This document shows positions 51,081-60,502 of a stretch of 64,000 bases of DNA, one piece after another (position 1 is the first letter of the stretch; each line of letters begins with the position of its first letter). Location: the NCBI RefSeq assembly GCF_041248615.1, contig NZ_CP158426.1; one strand, given 5' to 3'. The translations under genes were made by a program, and so were the position numbers. A model generated the notes under the pieces. It worked only from the letters and a program-made list of their open reading frames with translations. It had not been told where the DNA came from and did no database searches. Source of the stretch: Escherichia coli. Lineage in GTDB: Bacteria > Pseudomonadota > Gammaproteobacteria > Enterobacterales > Enterobacteriaceae.

Positions 51081-52418
51081 TTACTGTTCTGCCTTTTTGG
51101 CACCAGGAAAGAGAATTTGCAGGCGGCTTTGCACCAGTTCCAGGGAGGCGGGTTCGCGCATCTCCTGGCGCAAAAACCGCTCGATAGCCGGGAACATTTT
51201 CACCGCTTTGTCGACGCTGGCGTCGGCACCTGCCACGTAGCCGCCGAGTGGGATCAGCGGTTTGATCTCCATATAGGCGACGTAGTTTTGCTTTAACGCG
51301 CGGGCAGATTGCTGATGTTCCAGGCTGGTCACCTGGTTCATGCAGCGGCTGATCGACTGGCCGATATCAATGGCCGGATAGAGCCCCGCTTCCGCCAGTT
51401 TGCGGGTTAATACGATATGCCCGTCCAGCACCGCACGGGCGCAGTCGACAATCGGATCTTGCTGGTCGTCGCCTTCCGCCAGCACGGTGTAGATAGCGGT
51501 CATCGATCCCGCGCTTTCGCTGTTGCCTGCGCTCTCGACCAGTTTGGGGATCATGCCGAATGCCGATGGCGGATAGCCTTTGGTGGCGGGTGGTTCGCCG
51601 AGCGAGAGGGCGATTTCCCGCTGCGCCATCGCGTAGCGGGTCAGGGAATCCACCAGCAGTAAAACGTGATGCCCGCGGTCGCGAAACCAGGCGGCGATGG
51701 AGTGGCACAGTTCGGTGGCTTTCAGGCGCATCAGCGGCGATTCATCGGCGGGGGCGACAACGACGATAGACTTCGCCAGCCCGTCCGCGCCCAGCGAGTG
51801 GTCGATAAACTCTTTCACTTCGCGCCCGCGTTCGCCAATCAGCCCAACCACCACGATATCGGCTTTGGTCTGGCGGGTGATCATCCCCAGCAGCACGCTT
51901 TTCCCGACGCCGCTGCCCGCCATCAGCCCGACGCGCTGGCCTTTGCCGATGGTCAGTAGGCCGTTGATCGCTTTCACGCCCACGTCCAGCGGTTCGTCCA
52001 CTGAACGGCGGGTTAAGGGATTGACCGACGGCGGCAGCGGCGGCAGAAGGTCGTTGCCGTTCAGGCGGCCTTTGCCATCCAGCGGTTCGCCGAGGCCATT
52101 CACCACGCGGCCTAACCAGCTTTCGCCAATCAGGATGTCGTGGGCTTTTTCTTCCGGGAAGACGCGCGCCCCCGCCATCAGGCCGACCGGCTGTTTAAAG
52201 GGCATTAAGTAGGTGATGTCGCGGTTAAAGCCCACGGCCTGCGCGTCGATAAGCGTGTGATTGGCGCTTTCGATGCGGCACAGCTGCCCGGTCATTAGCG
52301 GGCAGCCGACACTCTCCAGCAGGATGCCGTTTAGGCGCACCAGCCGCCCGGCGACGCGGGCCAGCGGGATCGACTCCAGCGAGCGCAGCGCGTTATCGAA
52401 AGCGGAAAAATCACTCAC
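51081..52418 (-). CDS. lfiI: Flagellum-specific type III secretion ATPase FliI homologue
   Basis: 445 aa, Walker A GSGVGKS, F1-ATPase beta-like. Confidence 0.9.
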   Translation of the reverse strand: MSDFSAFDNALRSLESIPLARVAGRLVRLNGILLESVGCPLMTGQLCRIESANHTLIDAQAVGFNRDITYLMPFKQPVGLMAGARVFPEEKAHDILIGESWLGRVVNGLGEPLDGKGRLNGNDLLPPLPPSVNPLTRRSVDEPLDVGVKAINGLLTIGKGQRVGLMAGSGVGKSVLLGMITRQTKADIVVVGLIGERGREVKEFIDHSLGADGLAKSIVVVAPADESPLMRLKATELCHSIAAWFRDRGHHVLLLVDSLTRYAMAQREIALSLGEPPATKGYPPSAFGMIPKLVESAGNSESAGSMTAIYTVLAEGDDQQDPIVDCARAVLDGHIVLTRKLAEAGLYPAIDIGQSISRCMNQVTSLEHQQSARALKQNYVAYMEIKPLIPLGGYVAGADASVDKAVKMFPAIERFLRQEMREPASLELVQSRLQILFPGAKKAEQ

Positions 52419-53121
52419 CCTGAGACTCCGGCGTGAGTGTTTCTTTCAGTGCGGTCATGCATTGTTCCAGGCGATGCTCGCAGCCGATATCCAGTTCAGA
52501 TTTGTCGGTGATCACCCGGCATTCGCCCGGCGGCAGATCCGGCGTAGGCGTCAGCCCCCATTCACTGACCTTTTCCGGTACCGCGTCGCGCAGGCGGTTA
52601 AACTCTTCTGTACTCAGCATCACTCGCAGGGTCTCCGGCATCGCCGGGAAGGCCGCCAGCGCCTCTTCCACCAGCGCCAGTAACTGCGTCGGTTGCAGCG
52701 CCAGTTCGCAGCGGATCACCTGGCGGGTGACTTTTTCCACCAGTTGCAGCAAATCTTCCCGCTGTTTACGTTCGATATGGGCGAGGAAATCGTTCACTTT
52801 ACCGGTGATGGCTTCCAGCGGCTGCGCCGCCTCAACAAACTGTTTGCGCCCTTCCTGCTGCCCGGCGAGGCTGCCTTCGGTGTAACCCTGGCGTCGCCCC
52901 TCGGCAAAACCTTGCTGATGACCTTCGCTAAAGCCCTGTTCCTGGCCTTCGGTCATTCCCTGAGCAAACCCTTTTTGCAGCCCTTCCTGAAAACCGTCCA
53001 TCAGCTGGCGCTGGTAATCGGCGGCGCTAATGCTGGCGGTGAGCGGTTCTCCGGTCACCGCACGCTGGCGCGGCGGAAAACGGTGCAGGCGATAGCGCCC
53101 GCGCAGTGTTTCAATGGTCAT
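52411..53121 (-). CDS. lfiH: FliH-like ATPase regulator
   Basis: 236 aa with repeated FxEG motifs, overlaps fliI homologue start. Confidence 0.7.
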   Translation of the reverse strand: MTIETLRGRYRLHRFPPRQRAVTGEPLTASISAADYQRQLMDGFQEGLQKGFAQGMTEGQEQGFSEGHQQGFAEGRRQGYTEGSLAGQQEGRKQFVEAAQPLEAITGKVNDFLAHIERKQREDLLQLVEKVTRQVIRCELALQPTQLLALVEEALAAFPAMPETLRVMLSTEEFNRLRDAVPEKVSEWGLTPTPDLPPGECRVITDKSELDIGCEHRLEQCMTALKETLTPESQGE

Positions 53122-53124
53122 GGG

Positions 53125-54135
53125 TTACTCCGCCGTCTGTTCCGCAAAGAGCTGTAGCTGAATTTCGCCCGCCTCTTCCAGTTCACGGGCGATGCCCATG
53201 ATTTCGCGGCGGATCTGTTCGATACGGCTGACCGGCACCGGCCCCAGGCGCGCGGTGATCGCTTCCAGTTGCTGCGCCTGACGTTTTGGCATTACCGCGT
53301 AAATCGAGCGGCGCAACAGGGCTTCGGTGCCTTTCAGCGCCACCGCCCAGTCTTCCATCGGCACTTCGTCGAGCAGACGTCGACGCACCTCTTCGTTCTG
53401 GCGGCTGAGGATAAAGAAGTCGTACATCTCATCCTGAAGCTGCTCCAGCACGTCCTCGTCGCGCTCGCGCATCTGGTCGAGGATCACCTGCTGGTTACCC
53501 TGGAAGCGGTTGACGATATCCGCCGCCTGTTTGATGCCTTTCACCTTCGAGCCGTGTTCAGAGAGCACCGACAGACCGCGTTCGATCAGCCTGTCCAGTT
53601 CATCCACCACGTCGCGGTTGACGTCGTTGAGTTTCGCCACCCGATAGAGAATTTCGTTTTGCACTGATTCGTTGAGATACGAGAGCACCGCCGCCGAGAT
53701 TTCCGGCGTCAGAAACGCGAGGAACACCGCCTGCAATTGCAGATGTTCTTCGGAGATCAGCATCGCCAGCTGGCGTGGTTCCACCCATTGCAGGCGCGCC
53801 ATCCGCGAGCGGATCTCATCGCCATAAATGCCGTTGATCACGCTGCTGGCGATCTCGGTGCCGAGGGCTTTGTTGAGAATGCCCTGCAACATGGATCGCG
53901 ACGCACCGTTGATCCCGCTCTGCTCCCTGAATTCATCAAAGAAGTTGTTGATCACTTTGCGCGCCATGCTGGTTTTAACGCCGGAAAGCCGCGCCATGTT
54001 TTCGCTCAGGCGCACCACTTCTTCGCGGCTGAGTTTTTGCATCACCGTCGCCGCCGCTTCTTCGCCAAGGCACAGCAGCAGGATCGCCGCCTGTTCCAGG
54101 TAGCTGTTGCTCTTATTTGTTGTCAATTCGCTCAT
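53125..54135 (-). CDS. lfiG: Rotor/switch protein FliG homologue
   Basis: 336 aa FliG family. Confidence 0.85.
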   Translation of the reverse strand: MSELTTNKSNSYLEQAAILLLCLGEEAAATVMQKLSREEVVRLSENMARLSGVKTSMARKVINNFFDEFREQSGINGASRSMLQGILNKALGTEIASSVINGIYGDEIRSRMARLQWVEPRQLAMLISEEHLQLQAVFLAFLTPEISAAVLSYLNESVQNEILYRVAKLNDVNRDVVDELDRLIERGLSVLSEHGSKVKGIKQAADIVNRFQGNQQVILDQMRERDEDVLEQLQDEMYDFFILSRQNEEVRRRLLDEVPMEDWAVALKGTEALLRRSIYAVMPKRQAQQLEAITARLGPVPVSRIEQIRREIMGIARELEEAGEIQLQLFAEQTAE

Positions 54136-55759
54136 TGCTGGTGATCCATTGTCTGAGAACTTCGGCTACGCGATCGGTGTCGCTCATGGCCAGTTTTTGC
54201 AGGAACTCGAGTTTTACTTCCAGGCCGGAACTCTGAGACGGCAGGCTGTCATCGCCGGGCAGCGACGGCAGATCGACGTTTTTGCGCTCCTCTTCCGGCA
54301 TGGCAATCCACGGTTCGCTGACGGCTTCCGGTTCTGGTGTGATAACCGGCGCACGCACCGCCATCAGGCGTTTCATTACCGGGCGCACCACAAAGAACAG
54401 CAACAACAGAGCCAGCAGGCCGCAACCAATCAGCCGCACCCAGGCCAGCACGCTGTCATCTTTCCACAGCGGGATCACCGGTTCGACCGGAGCCACCTGC
54501 GGCACAAAGTTCAGCAGCGATAAGGTGAGATTGTCTCCACGTTGCACGTCGATCCCGGCAGCATTGTTCAGCAATGCGGTAAGCTGCGTGGTCTGCTCCG
54601 GCTTCCAGTTTTTCAGCGCCGGAGCGTTTTGATTGAGCACCACCGCCACGTTAAGGCGTTTCACCGCAAATCCGGGATGCTGAATATGCTGGACGCTGCG
54701 GTCGTAAGAGTAATCGCGCTTGCTTTCGCTGTGTTTGGATAACGCTTCCGGCGAGCGATTTTCTTCCGTACCGTTGGTCATCTGATTCGCCGCAACGGGC
54801 GGACGGTTGCTGAGCGAGCCGGGTACGCCCATCGCCACCTGATTAGTGTCGCTGTCCAGCACGTTTTCTTCGCGGTTGATTTTCGGCGTGTCGCCGTAGT
54901 GTTCCTGGGTTTCGTCGATGGTGCTGAGATCGAGATCCGGCATCACGCTGACGCGGTAATTCCCGCTGCCGACCAGCGAATCCAGCACGTTCGCCACGCT
55001 GGCGCGGGTTTTGTCCTGGATGTCTTTGAGGATCTGATCGCGTTTACGGGTTGCGGCAGAAACCGCCTCGCCTGCGCCAATGCCGTCGGTCAGCAGATTT
55101 CCCGCCTGATCGACGACGCTAACTTTGCTGGCGTGCAGCCCCGGAATGCTGCCGGACACCAGATGCACAATGGCGTTCACCTGGTCCATATTCAGCTTCG
55201 CGCCGTAGTGCAGGCGCACCACCACCGAGGCGCTGTTTTGCGGCTCATCGCTGACCACAAACGAACTTTCTTCGTTAAGCGCCAGATGCACCCGCGCACT
55301 CTCCACCGCGTCCAGCGACATAATGCTCTGCGCCAGCTCCCCTTCGAGGCTGCGTTTGTAGCGCACGTTCTGCACGAACTGGCTGCTGCCGAGCACTTCG
55401 TCTTTGTCCATCAGCTCGTAGCCGCTGGGCAATATCGCCTGCACGCCTTTGGCGGCAAGGGTCATGCGCGTTTTCGACAGTTCATCTTCCGGCACCAGAA
55501 TTTGCCCGCTCTGCGGGTCAATGCGGTAGCTGAGCTTTTCACCGTCCAGCACGGTGACAATCTGCGACACGGGCAGATTTTCCTGGCGTCCGTAGAGCGA
55601 GACGTAGCCGCGATTACCGGTCCACAGCACACTAACGATAATCGCCGTCGCCGCAACGGCAAGCCCCACTCCCGCCATCAATGCCCAGCGTTTGTTATCT
55701 GCAAGACGCAGTCGAAACGCCGGAAACGCCTGGGTTAACTTCTTTATTTGTGCATTCAT
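54113..55759 (-). CDS. lfiF: MS-ring protein FliF homologue
   Basis: 548 aa with two TM segments. Confidence 0.85.
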   Translation of the reverse strand: MNAQIKKLTQAFPAFRLRLADNKRWALMAGVGLAVAATAIIVSVLWTGNRGYVSLYGRQENLPVSQIVTVLDGEKLSYRIDPQSGQILVPEDELSKTRMTLAAKGVQAILPSGYELMDKDEVLGSSQFVQNVRYKRSLEGELAQSIMSLDAVESARVHLALNEESSFVVSDEPQNSASVVVRLHYGAKLNMDQVNAIVHLVSGSIPGLHASKVSVVDQAGNLLTDGIGAGEAVSAATRKRDQILKDIQDKTRASVANVLDSLVGSGNYRVSVMPDLDLSTIDETQEHYGDTPKINREENVLDSDTNQVAMGVPGSLSNRPPVAANQMTNGTEENRSPEALSKHSESKRDYSYDRSVQHIQHPGFAVKRLNVAVVLNQNAPALKNWKPEQTTQLTALLNNAAGIDVQRGDNLTLSLLNFVPQVAPVEPVIPLWKDDSVLAWVRLIGCGLLALLLLFFVVRPVMKRLMAVRAPVITPEPEAVSEPWIAMPEEERKNVDLPSLPGDDSLPSQSSGLEVKLEFLQKLAMSDTDRVAEVLRQWITSNERIDNK

Positions 55760-55763
55760 AGGG

Positions 55764-56105
55764 TTAGATCGACATACTCATCAGATCGTTAAATCCGGTG
55801 GCGATTTTGTTGCGCACCTGCACCAGCGCGGAGAAAGAGAGCGACGCCTGCTGGCTGGCGATCATCGCACCTGCTAAATCATCACTTTTGCCCGTGTCGA
55901 TAGCTGTTTGCTGCTGCTCCGCCACCTGCTGGAACTGGTCAACGTGACCGAGCGCGCCGGACATAATGCGGTTAAACGAAACGTCCGGGTCGGTGGAACT
56001 GAAGGCCATGGCGGGCAGCACCGGTGCCTGGGCGTTGGCCTGCATCCGCTGCACGTCCTGCATGATTTGCGCCTGCATGGTGCTGTTGATTGTGGTAATG
56101 CTCAT
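55764..56105 (-). CDS. lfiE: Basal-body protein FliE homologue
   Basis: 113 aa, conserved C-terminus. Confidence 0.75.
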   Translation of the reverse strand: MSITTINSTMQAQIMQDVQRMQANAQAPVLPAMAFSSTDPDVSFNRIMSGALGHVDQFQQVAEQQQTAIDTGKSDDLAGAMIASQQASLSFSALVQVRNKIATGFNDLMSMSI

Positions 56106-56119
56106 TTTTAACTTCCGGG

Positions 56120-57106
56120 TCAGGAGAAAACTTCGATACCTTGCTTGCGCATGGAGGCCAGTCGATAGCGCAGTGCGCGCGGGGTAATGCCTAACAGGTC
56201 GGCAATTTTGCTGCGGTTGCCCTGATATTTACGCATCAGGTCGGCGATATATTGATACTGGGCGCTACGTCCGGCCTGGCCTAAATCGCTGGTTTCCGCA
56301 ACAGATACGGAGGGCTGAACAGGCCATTGCAGTTCACTGTGATCGGCAACGTCTATTTCCGGCAGGCCTAAGGCATCCGGGAAAATCACGCCGTCGCGAT
56401 TTAAAATCATTCCACGCTGAATGGCGTTCTCCAGCTGGCGCACGTTGCCGGGCCAGCGGTAATTGAGCAGCGCCCGGCGAGTAGATTCTGAAAGGGTGAT
56501 ATTTTTCACCAGCACTGTGGAGTATTTTTTAATAAATGACTCTGCCAGCGGGATAATATCGTTCAGGCGTTCACGCAGCGGCGGCATGGTAATAGGAATA
56601 ACCGCCAGACGATAATAGAGATCTTCACGAAAACGCCCGGCGGCGACTTCCTGCTCAAGGTTTTTATTGGTGCAGGCAATCAGGCGAAAATTGAGTTTAA
56701 TTTGTCGGTTACTGCCTAATCGCTCAACCTGCTGTTCCTGCAATACGCGTAATATTTTGGCCTGTAGCGCCAGCGGCATATCGCCAATTTCATCGAGCAA
56801 TAAGGTGCCGTTATTCGCCAGTTCCATTTTTCCTGGCACGCTGGCAATTGCGCCGGTAAATGCGCCTTTGTCGTAGCCAAATAAGGTAGATTCCAGCATG
56901 TTTTCCGGGATCGCCGCGCAGTTCACGCCGATATAGGGCGCGTTATCATTTTCACCAAAGGCTACGGTGTGAATATATTTCGCCACGCATTCTTTGCCCG
57001 CGCCGGTTTCGCCCTGAATGAGCACCGGCACGTTAAATGCGGCGACACGCTTTGCCAGAGTAAAAGCGTTAATGCTGGAAGCGGCAGTTGCAATAAGTTC
57101 AGACAT
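56120..57106 (-). CDS. lafK: Sigma-54-dependent transcriptional activator lacking an N-terminal receiver domain
   Basis: AAA+ domain with Walker A (GETGAGKE) and GAFTGA motif, C-terminal HTH; only 328 aa, in-frame stop upstream. Confidence 0.8.
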   Translation of the reverse strand: MSELIATAASSINAFTLAKRVAAFNVPVLIQGETGAGKECVAKYIHTVAFGENDNAPYIGVNCAAIPENMLESTLFGYDKGAFTGAIASVPGKMELANNGTLLLDEIGDMPLALQAKILRVLQEQQVERLGSNRQIKLNFRLIACTNKNLEQEVAAGRFREDLYYRLAVIPITMPPLRERLNDIIPLAESFIKKYSTVLVKNITLSESTRRALLNYRWPGNVRQLENAIQRGMILNRDGVIFPDALGLPEIDVADHSELQWPVQPSVSVAETSDLGQAGRSAQYQYIADLMRKYQGNRSKIADLLGITPRALRYRLASMRKQGIEVFS

Positions 57107-57260
57107 AGGGTGAACGATATAAGTAGCGACAGAAAACAGGATGTTCTGAAGCGTATCACCGGCGGGATTAACAAGTTCGAATTAAACGATAATAAAAATA
57201 TTATTTGATGGTAAACAATTAGTTAGATATTAATACTGTTAATTTGGACATCTGTGATGC

Positions 57261-57300
57261 CCCCTCACCCTAACCCTCTCCCCGGATGGGGCGAGGGGAC
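57261..57300. repeat. GC-rich palindromic repeat unit
   Basis: cccctcaccctaaccctctccccggatggggcgaggggac; inverted copy at 63737-63762. Confidence 0.6.
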
Positions 57301-57478
57301 AGACCGCAGACTGATTGGCGAAAATCACTCCCATTAAGCAATTAATCGATTAATTATTTTTTCATCCTATTAATAATTTGCCCCTTTCACTCCCCCTCTA
57401 TTTAATACCTCACCTTGTGTCACTGCCTGATTTGCGTGCACAAAATCGCCCATACCATTACAGCAGAGAAAGTAAGCC

Positions 57479-58330
57479 ATGCTGAAGTACAGTAAAACGC
57501 CAGGCATCTTTAAATTAGAAGGTAATCGGCTCGGACGCCCCTACCATCGCCTGCCGACCCTGTTCACGGGGAATTTTGACGTGATTGATTCGCATCTTGG
57601 CAGCTACTTTCTCAAAAAGCATCGCAGCAATATCACCTTAAAAAAGATTGGCTGCGAAATGGATATCATTAATAAAAACGCCGAGCTGATGGTTTCCCAG
57701 GTCGGGCATCTGGCGTTTGATATTGATCGCTCCTTGCTGTTAATGCTGCTGGGCAATTTTTATGGTCTGGAGTCGTCTCTTGAAGAGGCGAAAGACCATA
57801 ATGGCCTGCCGACCAAAACCGAAACGCGGTTAAAGAACCGCCTCGCGCTGGATATCTGTACGCTGATTTTTAATCTGCAAACCTCCGGTATTGCGCTGAA
57901 ATTAAAGCTGGATAGCAGCACGGTGATTACCCACTGGGCGTATCAATTAACCTTTACCCTCGCGGGTGATGAAGAGAGCAGTTTTCGTATTTTGCTCGAC
58001 GACGCCCATACCGATTTTATTTTAAATCTGATCCGCCACAGCGAGCACAGTAAACCGCAGCAGGTGGCGAAATCCGTTAATAAACCGGCCCTGATTAAAG
58101 AAATCATCCGCTCCCTGCCGTTGACTCTGAACGTCAAAATCGCCGAGCTGTCGCTGAATGTCGCGGATCTCACGCAGATAAAAGCCGGGGATATTTTACC
58201 CATCTCGCTGGGAGAAACGTTCCCGGTGGCGATTGGGCAATCTGAATTATTTAGCGCCCTGATTGTGGAAGACAAAGACAAACTGTTTTTGTCGGAGCTG
58301 GCGGGCAAAAATGAGAATAGCCATGAGTAA
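57479..58330 (+). CDS. lfiM: Switch protein FliM homologue
   Basis: 283 aa, C-terminal SpoA-like domain. Confidence 0.7.
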   Translation: MLKYSKTPGIFKLEGNRLGRPYHRLPTLFTGNFDVIDSHLGSYFLKKHRSNITLKKIGCEMDIINKNAELMVSQVGHLAFDIDRSLLLMLLGNFYGLESSLEEAKDHNGLPTKTETRLKNRLALDICTLIFNLQTSGIALKLKLDSSTVITHWAYQLTFTLAGDEESSFRILLDDAHTDFILNLIRHSEHSKPQQVAKSVNKPALIKEIIRSLPLTLNVKIAELSLNVADLTQIKAGDILPISLGETFPVAIGQSELFSALIVEDKDKLFLSELAGKNENSHE

Positions 58331-58694
58331 GCAAGAAGATATTTTAGCCGGGGATTTTGGCCTCACCGATGAAGTTGCGCCTGTCGCGAAATCCGCCGAC
58401 GCTGAAACGCTGGTCACCCGCCTGGAAGACCGCTTTTCCGACTCGATGACGCTGCTGAAACGCATTCCGGTGACCTTAACGCTGGAAGTGTCGTCGGTGG
58501 AAATTATGTTAGCCGACCTGCTTAACATCGACGACGACACGGTGATTGAGCTGGATAAGCTCGCCGGGGAGCCGCTGGATATCAAAGTGAACAATATCCT
58601 GCTGGGCAAAGCGGAAGTGGTGGTGGTCAACGAGAAGTACGGCCTGCGCGTGCTGGAGTTTAACACCCGCGATATCAACGACCTGGCACCATGA
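58323..58694 (+). CDS. lfiN: Switch protein FliN homologue
   Basis: Start at MSKQED overlapping fliM homologue stop; SpoA domain. Confidence 0.8.
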   Translation: MSKQEDILAGDFGLTDEVAPVAKSADAETLVTRLEDRFSDSMTLLKRIPVTLTLEVSSVEIMLADLLNIDDDTVIELDKLAGEPLDIKVNNILLGKAEVVVVNEKYGLRVLEFNTRDINDLAP

Positions 58695-59443
58695 AACGCC
58701 GCACTCAACTGACGCTGGGCCTTGGGCTGCTGGCGCTTGCGCCGCTGGCGTTGGCCCAGGGGGGCGATATTGCGCTGCTTAACGTGGTCACCCACGGCAA
58801 CACTCAGGAGTACAGCGTCAAAATCCAGGTTCTGATTCTGATGACCCTCGTCGGTTTGCTGCCGACGATGGTGCTGATGATGACCTGCTTTACGCGCTTT
58901 ATTATCGTGCTGTCGCTGCTGCGCCAGGCGCTGGGGCTGCAACAAACGCCGCCAAACCGTATTCTGATTGGCATTGCGCTCTCCCTCACCATGCTGGTGA
59001 TGCGCCCTATCTGGCTCAATATTTACGACCACGCGGTGGTGCCGTTCGAAAACGATCGGATTACGCTGACCGATGCGTTAAGCACCGCCGCGACGCCGCT
59101 GAAACGCTTTATGCTGGCGCAGACCGACAAAAAAGCGATGGCGCAAATCATGACCATCGGCGGCGCAAAGGGCAATGCCGCCGACCAGGATCTCTCGATT
59201 GTGGTGCCCGCCTATGTGTTGAGCGAGCTGAAAACGGCCTTCCAGATTGGCTTTATGATTTACATCCCGTTTCTGGTTATCGACCTGATTGTCGCCAGCG
59301 TATTGATGGCGATGGGGATGATGATGCTGTCGCCGCTGATTGTTTCGCTGCCCTTTAAACTGATGCTGTTTGTGCTGATCGACGGCTGGTCGCTGACAAT
59401 CGGTACGCTCACCACCAGCATTCGCGGGCTGGGGCTGGGCTGA
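58691..59443 (+). CDS. lfiP: Export-gate protein FliP homologue
   Basis: 250 aa, signal peptide, conserved FliP core. Confidence 0.9.
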   Translation: MKRRTQLTLGLGLLALAPLALAQGGDIALLNVVTHGNTQEYSVKIQVLILMTLVGLLPTMVLMMTCFTRFIIVLSLLRQALGLQQTPPNRILIGIALSLTMLVMRPIWLNIYDHAVVPFENDRITLTDALSTAATPLKRFMLAQTDKKAMAQIMTIGGAKGNAADQDLSIVVPAYVLSELKTAFQIGFMIYIPFLVIDLIVASVLMAMGMMMLSPLIVSLPFKLMLFVLIDGWSLTIGTLTTSIRGLGLG

Positions 59444-59445
59444 TT

Positions 59446-59718
59446 ATGTTGACCGTAGACGTAGCCGCCGACATTGTCGCCAGCGGCATTAAAGTGGTGA
59501 TTTTACTGGTTTCGGTACTGGTAGTGCCAAGCTTGCTGGTTGGCCTGCTGGTGAGCGTGTTCCAGGCGGTGACGCAGATTAACGAACAGACCCTGAGTTT
59601 TTTGCCGAGGCTGATTGTCACGCTGGTGGTGCTGGGCGTGTGCGGTAAATGGATGATTATCCAGTTGCATGATCTGTGCATTCATCTGTTTACCCAGGCC
59701 GCCCTGCTGGTGCATTAA
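59446..59718 (+). CDS. lfiQ: Export-gate protein FliQ homologue
   Basis: 90 aa, two TM segments. Confidence 0.85.
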   Translation: MLTVDVAADIVASGIKVVILLVSVLVVPSLLVGLLVSVFQAVTQINEQTLSFLPRLIVTLVVLGVCGKWMIIQLHDLCIHLFTQAALLVH

Positions 59719-59719
59719 G

Positions 59720-60502
59720 ATGCGCACAAGCGACGTTACGCAACTGATGGATCTGGCGCTGGGGCTGTGGTTTCCCTTCGTGCGCATTATGGCGTTTCTG
59801 CGCTATGTGCCGGTGCTGGATAACAGCGCCCTGACCGTGCGCGTGCGGATTATTTTGTCGCTGGCGCTGGCAATCATCATCACGCCGTTGATCCCCCATC
59901 CCATTCCCCACGATCTGCTTTCACTCAACAGCCTGATCCTGACGGTGGAGCAAATTTTATGGGGCATGTTGTTCGGGCTGATGTTTCAGTTTCTGTTTCT
60001 CGCGCTACAACTGGCCGGACAAATTCTCTCGTTCAATATGGGGATGAGCATGGCGGTGATGAACGACCCGAGCAGCGGCGCATCGACCACCGTGCTGGCG
60101 GAGTTAATCAACGTCTATGCGATCCTGCTGTTTTTTGCCATGGACGGGCATCTGCTGCTGGTAAGCGTGCTGTATAAGGGCTTCACCTACTGGCCGATTG
60201 GCAACGCGCTGCATCCGCAAACCCTGCGCACCATCGCGCTGGCCTTTAGCTGGGTGCTGGCGTCCGCATCACTGCTGGCGCTGCCGACCACCTTCATCAT
60301 GCTGATTGTGCAGGGCTGCTTTGGCCTGCTCAACCGCATCGCGCCGCCGCTGAACCTCTTTTCGCTCGGCTTTCCCATCAACATGCTGGCGGGGCTGGTT
60401 TGCTTTGCCACCCTGCTCTACAACCTGCCGGATCACTATCTGCATCTGGCGAATTTTGTGTTGCAGCAACTCGACGCGCTGAAAGGTCACTATGGCGGAT
60501 AG
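59720..60502 (+). CDS. lfiR: Export-gate protein FliR homologue
   Basis: Start at MRTSDVTQL right after fliQ homologue stop; polytopic membrane protein. Confidence 0.85.
   Translation: MRTSDVTQLMDLALGLWFPFVRIMAFLRYVPVLDNSALTVRVRIILSLALAIIITPLIPHPIPHDLLSLNSLILTVEQILWGMLFGLMFQFLFLALQLAGQILSFNMGMSMAVMNDPSSGASTTVLAELINVYAILLFFAMDGHLLLVSVLYKGFTYWPIGNALHPQTLRTIALAFSWVLASASLLALPTTFIMLIVQGCFGLLNRIAPPLNLFSLGFPINMLAGLVCFATLLYNLPDHYLHLANFVLQQLDALKGHYGG

Noticed and set aside
54899-55738. 279-aa plus-strand ORF
   Set aside because: Antisense to the FliF homologue gene; no recognisable domain.
57437-57452. Degenerate sigma-54-like element (reverse strand TGGGCG-ATTTT-GTGCA) upstream of lafK
   Set aside because: GG-N10-GC spacing is right but the -24 box deviates from TGGCAC and it lies ~330 bp upstream of the start codon; too weak to assert autoregulation.
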